A stretch of DNA of 64,000 bases, taken from NCBI GenBank assembly GCA_030704615.1, contig CM060731.1:93310001-93374000 (forward strand). Direction: 5' to 3'. Under the pieces are notes generated by a model. It was given only the letters and a program-made list of their open reading frames with translations. It searched no databases and was not told the origin of the DNA. Positions 51,130-62,228 of the stretch are shown one piece after another. Origin of the DNA: Takakia lepidozioides. Taxonomy: Eukaryota; Plantae; Bryophyta. The position numbers and the translations under genes are program-made. How positions within the stretch are numbered: position 1 is the first letter of the stretch; every line of letters begins with the position of its first letter.

Positions 51130-54100
51130 GAGAATCTCCACAAGTGACGACGAATGCGCAAGAGTAGCTGGACACACAAGCACATCAGTTCAAGATGGAG
51201 ATATCTCCTGCAGCAGAGAGCCTACGTGACTATGTGACGAGGTACTTTCTGCTCTACAAAACCAACATATTCTTTCGGGAGATAGCAGATGCTCGCCGGA
51301 GCCACGAGTTCACCGACCAGCCGAACGCGGACAAAGCAGCAATGCGCCTTCTGTACAGGTACATACGCGCTGCCTTTCTTTCAAGTCCTTGCATTTCAGG
51401 ATGTTAGAGGCCTCATGTGGTGTTAGGGAAAATGGCGCCGAATTTCCAGTCAGGGCTCCGAAAATGGCTAAGTCCCTAGACTGGCTGGCCCTGAACTGGA
51501 AATTCGGCGCCATTTTCCAGTTCTAGGCCCTATAGCCGTTCAGGGACTTGGCCATTTTCGGGCTAAGTCCCTAGACTGGCTGGCCCGGAACTGGAAATTC
51601 GGCGCCATTTTCCAGTTCTAGGCCCTATTGCCGTTCAGGGACTTGGCCATTTTCGGGCTAAGTCCCTAGACTGGCTGGCCCTGAACTGGAAATTCGGCGC
51701 CATTTTCCCTATTGCCGTTCAGGGACTTAGCCATTTTCGGGCTAAGTCCCTAGGGTGGCTGGCCCTGAAGTGGAAATTCGGCGCCATTTTCCAGTTCCAG
51801 GCACTATTGCCGTTCAGGGACTTAGCCATTTTCGGGCTAAGTCCCTAGACTGGCTGGCCCTGAACTGGAAATTCGGCGCCATTTTCCAGTTCTAGGCCCT
51901 ATTGCCGTTCAGGGACTTAGCCATTTTCGGGCTAAGTCCCTAGACTGGCTGGCCCTGAACTGGAAATTCGGCGCCATTTTCCAGTTCTAGGCCCTATTGC
52001 CGTTCAGGGACTTAGCCATTTTCGGGCTAAGTCCCTAGACTGGCTGGCCCTGAACTGGAAATTCGGCGCCATTTTCCAGTTCTAGGCCCTATTGCCGTTC
52101 GGGGACTTAGCCATTTTCGGACTAAGTCCCTAGGGTGGCTGGCCCTGAACTGGAAATTCGGCGCCATTTTCCAGTTCTAGGCCCTATTGCCGTTCAGGGA
52201 CGTAGCCCTTTTCGGGCTAAGTCCCTAGGGTGGCTGGCCCTGAACTGGAAATTCGGCGCCATTTTCCAGTTCTAGGCCCTATTGCCGTTCAGGGACGTAG
52301 CCATTTTCGGGGTAAGTCCCTAGGGTGGCTGGCCCTGAACTGGAAATTCGGCGCCATTTTCCAGTTCTAGGCCCTATTGCCGTTCAGGGACTTAGCCATT
52401 TTCGGGCTAAGTCCCTAGGGTGGCTGGCCCTGAACTGGAAATTCGGCGCCATTTTTCCAGTTCTAGGCCCTATTGCGGTTCTGGGTCTTAGCCATCTTCG
52501 GGCCAAACCGGGAAAAATGGCGCCGAATTTCCAGTTCAGGGCTCCCAAGATGGCCAAGTCCCTAGGGTGGCAGTCACCGAAAACCAAAATTCGGCGCCAT
52601 TTTTCCATTTCTAGGCCCACTCACATCCGCCCCAACCTGGGAAAATGGTGCCGAATATGCATTTCAGGGACCTCATTGTGTTTTTCATGAATGCAGGTAC
52701 TGCAAGTTCTCCCTTTTGGAGAAAGATCATCTGTCTTTCGAGCCACCATTCTTCCTGGCATGGAGGAACCCTGGGGCTGACTCCATGTACACTGACGATA
52801 TTGTGAAGGAGTGGCATCTGGAACATTTGCGTGATTGCCCTTGGTATGTGGACCTTCCGCCCGGCTCGCTCGACCCATCCGAGTTTCAATTGAAGTTGGA
52901 TGCTGAATTCCGACGAAACCGGGCTCCGCTGCCTCCGTTGGGTGCAAAAGAGGCAAAAGCGCTTGCGAACTCCAGGAAAGCGGCAGAGCTTGCTCAGGCA
53001 GGAATTCAGGAGAAATTGCATGAGAAGAGTAAAGGCCAAAGGAAAAGGACAAGGAAACAGGTGAGTGCAGTAACACCCAAAAAGAAGAAAACCATTGGGG
53101 CATCGGAGGAGGCGCAGGAGGGGACCCAAGAGAGTGACTTGGACGACGACTTTGTTCAAGGTCCTGCGACTGCTGTTGCTCCTACCCAGTCACCGGTCGT
53201 CCGGGTTCCCAAGTCAGTTTGGAGTGGGACTGGCTCTGCCAAGAAGTTGGCATTTGAGGGCGAGCCTACACGGCGGTATTCGGCGGTGACGTTTACGCAC
53301 AGGCCAAAGCTAGAACCTCCAACCATCATCCAATGCGTCAATGAGAGCTTCCTTGACGCTCCCGCTGCCAGGGCGAAGAAGGTGGCATACAACAAGTCTC
53401 TGGCGGAGCAGAAGGGGAAAGCCAAGAAGAGGGCTGGCGGTACAGAGCCTAAAGACACCCCTGGTTTTGAAGCCATGATGGAATTCTTCACGGCTGTGAG
53501 CACAAATTGCAAGAGCACTCGGGGGGGGGGGGGGGGGGGGTTTGAGGTGGAGAGAGCTTGCGACATGATTCTCCTTGACATTCCAGATGGGGAGCTGCTG
53601 GAGGGCCTGGATGGTGTGCCCACCTGGAACAGGTTTACTGAGGACTACTGGAAAGCCGGGTTTGGGCTGGCGGGGATGCTTTTGGATGACGGTGGATGTG
53701 TGGTTGTCCTTGCCACGAGAGGGAAGACCACAGAGAATGCGGTGGCAAAGTGGACACCGAAAAGTGTCACCCCGGTCCTCCTCAGAAAATGGTTCTGCAT
53801 CAGTACACAGGGGTTGCAAACAGAGGGCCAAAGTGTAAGTTATCAATCTATTGCATTCACTTCATATTGTGGTGTATGTTAAGTAGACCCTGGAGTTGAT
53901 CCCTTCTTTGTTGGATGTGCAGACATTGGTGTTTGAGGCATATTGCTTTGTGAAGAGAGGGTCTACGTTCAAATTCCGCAACGACGGTCGTCTTGTTGAT
54001 GCCGCTGTGGACCCTGTAACCTACGATGTCCTCTACAACTATGTGCCCCACTCCAGTATGCCGAAGGACACAAAGACAAGCAAACCGTGGCGGTACAGCC

Positions 54101-55032
54101 GGACCCGGAGCCCTGATTTCATCCAAACCCTCATGGAGACGTGCTCGGATGTCCAAGGGCGGATTCTGGACCTCACATGCGGCACGGGTAAGCCTTCACG
54201 TGCTCAGTTTGTTCCCTGGCCCGATTGCAATTGCATGCCGCAATCTATTAACCGCCCACTTTGTTCCTCAGGTGCTTCAATGTGGGCAGGGACGTTGTCC
54301 GACAGGCATGTGTTCGCCTTCGAGCCAGATACTGCCCTCCACAACTCGGAACTTGCAGCGGCTGAACGTCTGCCGAAAGAGGAAGAGGCATCCTTGGAGG
54401 ATGAGGAAAAATCCGAGAAGGAGCAGGGGGAGGAAGTTGGGATCGAGGCCGAGGAGCCCCCGGTTTACGAGTGAGTGGTGGCATTGTAAGTTGCCTCCAG
54501 ATTTCGTGAGGCACCTCCCTCCGCTCTCTTATTTCATTGAAAACCCTTTCTGGTTGTGCTGGTATTGACATTCTTGAAGTGGATTTGTTCTTACTGTAGG
54601 ATGCCAAGTACTGCCGGAGGGACGTCTACACCGGAGTTCATGGGCAGGAGGAATGTGCCTTTTTTTGCCAGGGGGGATTTCATGCCTAGTCCAGAAAGGG
54701 AGTACATCCTTCCTACTTATGCTGCCCGGCTTGCTTCGGTGTCCATTAGGAGGTGTTCCGAACCTAGTGGTGTACAACAGATTTTAGACGAGGCAAGCCT
54801 CAAGAAAATGAAGATGAGGGAGGAGGCAGCAGCTATTAGAGCCCGTCGGGCTCGTAGATTTGTGTTGGATTCTGCTAAGGAAAGTGGGGGAGAAGACGCA
54901 GAAGATTCCCAGGAGGTGAGGTGGACAGTCCCCCAAGGAGATGACGGGATTTTTGAGAGGCATAGTGGAACTGATGCATCACAGAGCTCGGAGGATGAGG
55001 GGGATGAGGAAGAAGGTGGGGCAAGTTCCTAG
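51130..55032 (+). pseudogene. Diverged paralog of the ParB-MTase gene (3' exons only)
   Basis: LRDYVTRY..AAMRLLYR, EPPFFLAW, CDMILLDIPDG, RTRSPDFIQTLMETCSDVQGRILDLTCGTG, RRNVPFFAR; same intron positions as the element A gene. Confidence 0.8.
51425..52665. repeat. 95-bp tandem repeat with variant palindrome GGAAATTCGGCGCCATTTTCC, inside an intron
   Basis: Cores at 51506,51601,51696,51780,51875,51970...; intron ~51359-52697. Confidence 0.95.
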
Positions 55033-56129
55033 GAGGGTGTAGGAGAGTAGTGCCCATTCCGGCTATGACAGTTAGAACACACTTGTATAGACGTGGCTTG
55101 CCACAAAATTTGCAATAAAATGTTGCATTTCAAGTCCACTGGTGCCACATTCCAACTTCACATGACCCTATTTCCGTGCCTCCTAACCCTATTTCCGTGG
55201 ACTCACAATGGTCTGCTCATGTTTTTTTTTTTTCCGCTCATGCTCATGCCGCTCATGAAATAGCAGCCCCCCACTAGTCCAACCACTAGGCTACAACTAG
55301 TCAGTCACTAGGCTGCCACTATGCTGCCCACTATGGCAGTCACTAGTCCACACAATGATAAAGAAGAAGAATACAAGCACAAGCTCATGCGAGCTCACAA
55401 AGCTGAAGCATAAACTCATGCATATATAACCTCATCACTCAATTACAAGTCAAGCCAAGTGCACCCCACGCCATGGGGAATCCACACTACGGCGCCATAG
55501 CTAGGCGCGGTGAGGCTCAACTCGAGAAAGATGAGCCTCCCGCGCTTGCCGTGAAGATAACCACTCCAGGGCCTAAATCTGCCTTGACCCCTGGATTGAC
55601 ACTTGGGCCAATCCCAAATGTCAATATGTAAAAGCTAGCTATTTCCTAGCTAGTTTCAAAATGTGGTAAAATAACTTTACAGCTGTCGTGCGCATACATA
55701 TCGCTACACAACTACATCGCTGTCCAAAACCACACAACACATGTGCACACCACACACTAGTATATCACTAGTCCAGCCACTAGTCCAACCACTAGGCTAC
55801 AACTAGTCAGTCACTAGGCTGCCACTATGCTGCCCACTATGGCAGTCACTAGTCCACACAATCGCCCCCCTAGCTGGTGCTTAGGTCCCTCTAAGTCCAG
55901 GTAGCCACAAGATGTGATAGTGACCATAGCCTCACTAAGTCCTCCACCACTATCCCTACTACACTCAAACTCGATAGATCAAGAGGCCGGGTGCAAGAGT
56001 TGCCCCATCGTTAGTCGCCGTCTTGCAACCTGTGAACTTGAGCTTGGGATCTCATGTATTGACTCCTATGAGCTTGGCCTCCCATGTCTTGTTAGCTGCC
56101 TCTAGTCATGTCCATTGCCACTATCCCAA

Positions 56130-57430
56130 GCAGTGTGGACACAACCAATCTCCGTCAGGAACCTTCTCAAGAGGTGGTGTCAAGCATCCCATATGCCAAC
56201 CCCTTGAGCATCAATCACACACCAGCATGGTGGCTGCCCCTTTGGTAGACCCACAGAGCATGCACCTCAAACCTGCAGGTACCACTGCCAAGTTTGGGTC
56301 AACTCTGCCATCGACATTGGGAAGGTGACATGGCGCACAATTACGCACATGGTCCTTCCAAGTCATGCCATCCCGACCCTCCAAGATCAGGACCCCTGAG
56401 GGCAACACCTCTCGAACCCTCAGAATAACACGCCCTGCAATAACATCCAGAGTCGTAGGAGCAGTCTGCTGCAAATAAACATAGTCACCAGGGCTAAACC
56501 TCCGAACCCCAGGACGATATCCTCCACCACGTATAGTGGCATACCTCAACGTATCACGGTGTTGTGCAATGGCAAGGTTCTCAAAAGCCATGGGCATGAC
56601 TTTCTTGAACAACTCTGCACGCTAATCACATGCACGTACCCACACGTCCGGATCGTCAAGGTTAAGGACTTGAGCAGTGTCCCTACGAATGGCTGCAGGC
56701 AAATCCGGCTCTCGGCCAAAGAGAAGGAAATATGGTGAGAATGAGGCAAGTGATGCTTGTTTGCTGAACCTGTAGCCCATGGCTAACCAAGGAACCTGAA
56801 GATCCCAATCTCCTAGGTGTCCCTTCTGCAAGCCATACTTGCGCAAACCCCTCTTCACCGTCTAAACAACTCTCTCTGCTAAGCCATCGGCCTCAGGATG
56901 ATCCCGAGAAGTGGTGCGGTGGTCTATCAAGGCTTTATCACACAAAGCCTGAAACTCCCCCAAGAACTCTCTCCCTTGGTCCGTGAGTACCTCAGCTGGA
57001 GCACCAAATCGGCTAAGCACACCATCCAAGAATGCATACGCAGCCCCCTCACTAGCCTTGTCAGGCAATGGAACCAACTCAATCCACTTGGAGAAGTGCT
57101 CCACCATCACCAACACATATCTGTGGTGGCGCATAGTCAGTGGCAACGGTCTTGCGAAGTCAAGACTCCACCTGTAGCCCAATCCCATGATTGGTAAATG
57201 ATGCAACTGTGGTGTAGGGGCGTTGAATGAAGCACGCACCCTGTCACACACCATGCACCTAGCCACGAACTGTTGCACCTCTGTATGCATACCACGCCAT
57301 CAATACTACCCCTGCAGTAAACTGTGAGTGCGTCGCACTCCAAAATGCCCCAACTCCTCATAGGCATGTCGCACTAACCGTGCACGCTGTGAAGGGTGAG
57401 GCACAATCCTCACCCGACCACTCTGCACTC
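56130..57430 (-). pseudogene. Gypsy integrase with C-terminal PHD finger
   Basis: GHFG..CMVC, WSLDF, TDQGREF, DGLAERVV; CMLC..MLVCD*CSRGWHMGCLTPPL..WLCPHC. Confidence 0.88.
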
Positions 57431-58400
57431 TGCGTTGCTCAACCATAGCCAAGCTGATAATCCAGGTCAAGCAATTGAGATCCATTGCTTGCCCCAACAC
57501 CTGACGACGTGATGCCTCAGAAAGAGACGACACCGCCGTGGTACCAGTGGGAAAACCCATTGCCCGCTCACGCTCGTCAGCATTAGGCTCCACTAACTTC
57601 TGCAACTGAGCATCCCACAAGAGGCCAGGTCCACTATCCCGGAAAGCATGCGATCCTGGGAAGCTGAGCAATGTAGGTAATGCTGCTCGTGGTTGACCCA
57701 CCTTGTTGACCACTGCCAAAGGTGAACGGTCATCGTGTCTAACACGCTGAGACTGCCTCCCTGTGTCCAGAATGCTATCCACTGTGAGATGTGCTGGCCG
57801 CTGCACCCCATCAAATGCACGCTTGAGCAGTGCGGGTGGCATCAAGTTAGTCCACCATAGCCGTGGACGATGAGTCCGTGACCCCACTGTAGCTGCATCT
57901 AGCAACACTGCTGACCCAAGCCACGACCGGACTTGATGCACACTGGCCATCACCCTGGCCCGAGAATCGCCCATTAGTGGCACATTCTCCAAGATGTATG
58001 CTGGAGATACAGCTTGATGAATCTGCAAGTGGCGCAAAACCCGCACCATCTCCCAAACCAGACCCGACCTCGAGTCTCGCAATCCATTGTCATGCCCGGC
58101 TGATGAATGCCCTTGGCAAGGCCAACCTGCCACTACCAGATCAATGGAGCCAACCCGCTCCAAATCCTGCGCCCCCAGCAACGAAATGTCTGCTGGCAAG
58201 GCCTGCTGATATCCACGAATTGCAGACATCGGCAACAACTCAGGGTACTGCTGCACCAACTAAGCAACATGGCAAAGTGAAACGCGTCGTGCAGTCTCAT
58301 GTCTCTCCACATACAGGTAACGCTGAACTCGTAAACCTGCCTGTAACACAACAGCCAATCCGGTGCTGATCCCGCTCCAGAAGACAAATGCCTTCATTCG
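57430..58400 (-). pseudogene. Retrotransposon-borne cytosine-5 DNA methyltransferase domain
   Basis: Motif IV DLVVAGWPCQGHS, VI YILENV, VIII HRPRLWW, IX ERERAMGFP, X LGQAM; motif I disrupted. Confidence 0.9.
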
Positions 58401-60899
58401 GATACTGCCACACAATAGGTGTGGTGTCCAATGGAGACAACTGAGGTGGTGCTGGTGCAATCCCCGCACTCTCCACCTCTCCTGACGGTACAAAAGCCTC
58501 CACCTAGGCTTGTTGCACCCGTCGATCAGCATCCCGCTACAAATCCTTGCTCGTGCCCCACAATGGAGTCTGAGCAACCATGGTAGGCAACTCCGCCATA
58601 CCATACATGTCATCTTGCTCTCCCAGAGGTGGCATATCCTCTGAATGAGCGTTGCCCTCAAGCAACTCTCCAGGCCAATTCACTGCCGTTGTGAATGATG
58701 CTAGTGTCGGCATCTTGCCTCGTTGGGCAACCGCAACTCCTCCTATGAACGTCACAGGGAGCTGCACATGCCGGCCCTCCCCTGACTGCCATGCAGGCCT
58801 ATAGGAAGCTGACTCCTCCCAAAAATCCAGGGTGAAGCCCATGGGGTACAACACTGCCCCACCAACCAGGACATCGTATGAGACCGCGTCTGTCACAATG
58901 GCCTTGGCTCGCATCACTGAGCCATCTGTAGGGTGATCCAGCCGTAGTCTAATAGCCAACTCACGCCGTGTCATGCCCCGAGCCTGCTCCGATCCTCCCA
59001 GAGACGTCTGTATCTGGAAAGGATAAGGCTCCATATCCGCCTCCGTGAGGCCCAAGCCTGCAATAGCAGCTCTGCCCAGCATCAATGGCCGAGCTCCCGA
59101 GTCCAACAAGACCCGCAGTGGCCGGTACCTCTTGCTTGCCAGTCCACTCAAACAGAAAATGCCATCCTGGTTGTCTAACATGACAACTCCAGGTGTCACC
59201 ATGGCGCGCTCAATGGCTGGCCTAGCTGGCAGCTCCATCAACCTGGCAGCTGCACCTTGCCATGGCGCCGCCATGGCAGTCTTGACCCTCAACTCCGAGG
59301 ATCCCTCCGGCACTATACCTCCCACTATCTCCGCAGAAGATGAAGTAACCTCCCCACTCTCACAGAGTGTAGCTGCCAGCCTGAACACCTCAGCTGGTCT
59401 AACCCCGGCGTCGCAATCATGGTAGCCGAGAACAATGGAGCCTGGCACACAGATGTGGCCGCTCCTAGCAGCACACTAGCTGCCGTAGCCTTGGCAACAC
59501 TAGGTAGTGGTGCTACCCGTGTAGCTCTCCCCAATGGCATAGTAACCTCCGCCTCGGTAACAGTCGGGCGAGAACTAGGTGCCATGGATGGCGTCGACAC
59601 TGTCTCCGCCAATGTGAATGACTGAGGAAGCCTAGCCTAACGGCTTGCCTCCCCACGCTGTGGATCCAACTCCATCTCTGCACCTCGTGGTTCAGGAACT
59701 CGTGCTGCTCCTCGAGTCACGGCTGCAGCAGACTCCACCTGCACTAGTGGTAGTGCTGCTCCACACATGAATCCCATGCCTCCCATATCTCCTCCCTCAG
59801 AAGCAGGAGGTGGACCATCCGGCCTTAGAGCCGGTACCACCTGAGCTGTAGCCATGGCAATGAGCCTCTGCTCTAGCTGCTGAAGCCGGTTGGCCATGAC
59901 TTGGTCAACACCCTGACCTCCGCGTCCTTGGCCTTGTTGAGCTTGCCCTTGGCCTGCACCTCGTGGCTGGCCACCTCCTCCTCTCTGGGCTGCTCCACCT
60001 CGCCCCCGGCCACCATTGTTCCCTTGGAACTGGCCTGGGCGCAACTCAGGATGCAAACCATAACACTGGTCTCCATGCCCGTGCTTGCCACAATGCCCAC
60101 ACTGCAACTGTGCAGGCTGTGCATGTGCCGGCCCTTTGCCTCCCTCTGGGCAATCCTTCTTGACATGGGGTCCTCCACATGTCCAGCACACCACATCCAC
60201 CCGTTGTTGCCCAGCAAATGAAGGGAGAGACCCCTGCATCTGAGGTCCTCTCTGCCCTTCCCTGAGCTTCACCTGAGCCCCCTTGTTGCCTTGAGCACGT
60301 TGAGGTAGTGGTTGGCTAGGAGCACCACTACCCCGTGGCGTCTCCTTAGCAAATCCCACCATGACCACTCGTTCCTCCACCATGTTGAGCTCTATCCGCT
60401 CTACCAGCAAAAACACATTTGCTAAGGTGGGTTGGGCCGCTTGTAGGAGAGTTGCATCCCGCACCCTTCTCCTCAGCTCCTAGAGTCAGTCCGGGTTTGG
60501 GCTGGGGTGTCCTTGCAGGAGCAACACCGTGGAGTTGTTTTTGGTGTGGGGGAGTTGTCGTTCTGATTTCTTGTGTTTGGATCCCCTCCATACCTGCATG
60601 CTTGACTGTGCGCCATGCTAGTTTTGTGTGGGCGCTTGTTTTTATAGGTGATTGGTCCGGATCTGATCACCGGCCAGTCCTAGAGCATGCTGTCAATGGT
60701 GAGGCTGGGGTGATGACCAGCCAGACCATCATTGTTTCTCCTGTGGTGAGGTTGGAGGTGATGACCAGCCAACCATAGGAGTGCTTGCGGTGGATGCAGG
60801 TATAGGTGTAGGCTATGTTAGGAACTTAGTATTCCAAACCCTAAGCCGCAACAGGTTCTCTACCCGGTTACCTTGTGGAGAGGGGGTTAGGGACATGTT

Positions 60900-61650
60900 C
60901 ATGACCGATTGAGTATCAATACGGAGGTGCCACTAGTTGCTGGGGATAGTGCCGGTTCGAGCACTAGCGATACTAGTGGGTACACGAGACGAGGTGTGCG
61001 GTTTAGGCCACCTTCACCTCCTGTGTCTTCTACGGAAGGTTCTGATTCGGATTGTGAATCAGGAGGACTCATACCGGCGATGCAAGTTGTTTCTTTGTCA
61101 TTGTTGTGGGACACAATGGAGGAGATGTATGGAGCTACCAAGGGGCCACGAAGGTACTCTGGGGCGGTGGGCACCATCGAGTTGGATGATTTTATCCAAG
61201 AGTTTGATAGTTGGTATGATTTGCAGCAAATGCGAAATCCACAACTATTTACGCCTTTCATGGCATGGAAGGGGCTGTTTCAGCACCTTGAGGGGCCGCC
61301 TATGGATGATTACCATGAGTTCAGGTGGGGGCATGAGGTTGAGATCGAGGAGTGGAGGATGTACTGGTCACCCGACTATGTCTCCATCACTAGGGGCACT
61401 AGAGCCACGAGGGCAGTGGCTACACCTGCCGCTGCACTGGCAGCTTCAGCAAGTAGCAGTGGGACTAGTGGGACTTGTGGTACAGTAGCTACGACGTCCA
61501 CCCAAGCCACTACCGCACCAACACTAGTACTCGTGCCTGCCTTCAACCCTGTTGTGGAGTTCTTCGAAGAGGGGTGAGGACAGAGAAGTTGCGGAGCTTG
61601 CAAGAGTTCCAACGGAAGCCGACCGAGAGCTTGAGAGCTCTACCTACGGA
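60900..61650 (+). pseudogene. Gag N-terminal region, opposite orientation to the adjacent gypsy remnant
   Basis: RRYSG..LDDFIQEFDSW..LEGPPMDDY..LQEFQRKPTESLR resembles retrotransposon gag. Confidence 0.6.
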
Positions 61651-61899
61651 AAGGTCTTGGCCTAATGAGAGGGTGGAAACTACGAGGAAGAGAAGCTAAA
61701 GCAATGCCTAACCCCAACATGCCCTCATCCCAACACTCTTCCTCTCCTCTCTTCCCTCACTTGCATGACCATGGGAATATCATGAAGATACTCCTCAAAC
61801 CGCCCTCCACGAGCTTCAAAATTCGGCCTTCAAGACCACATACCAGTCCTTAGGCAGTCCACCAGTGCCTCCACGAGTCAGCACAGGCTGTCCACAGGT

Positions 61900-62228
61900 C
61901 AACACGGGCCACCACAGACCAGCACAGGCCCACATAGCTCACAGGCCACAGCCTATCACAACCCTACACAGGTCACAGGGTCACAGCCCCATAGGCCGCA
62001 GCCTGTCACAGCCCCAAAGGCCACATGTCACAGCCTGTCACAGCCCATCACAACCCCAAAGGCCACAGGCACAGCCTGTCACAGCCCTACAAAGGTCACA
62101 GGGTCACAGCCCCAAAGGCCACAGCCTATCACAGCCCCTCATAGCCCCATAGGCCACAGGGCACAGCCTGTCACAGCCCGACACAGGTCACAGGGGTCAC
62201 AGCCCCAAAGGCCACAGCCCCTCACAGC
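61900..62228. repeat. Degenerate minisatellite built from CACAGCC/GTCACAG units
   Basis: Direct. Confidence 0.8.

Larger units (their letters stand above)
51082..55271 (-). mobile_element. Element C fragment: related subfamily, 3' part of ParB-MTase paralog plus terminus
   Basis: Ends GCTCATGAAATAGCAGCCCCC at 55271; truncated by the element A terminus at 51081. Confidence 0.85.
55272..60470 (-). mobile_element. Ty3/gypsy remnant with gag knuckles, protease, C5-DNMT, integrase, PHD finger and 3' LTR; RT/RNase H absent
   Basis: CWTCGGPHVKKDC; LLDSGA; GWPCQ; integrase HHCC + DDE; PPT AGGGGGG next to LTR 55356-55860 (TG..CA) plus a partial tandem LTR 55272-55354. Confidence 0.88.
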
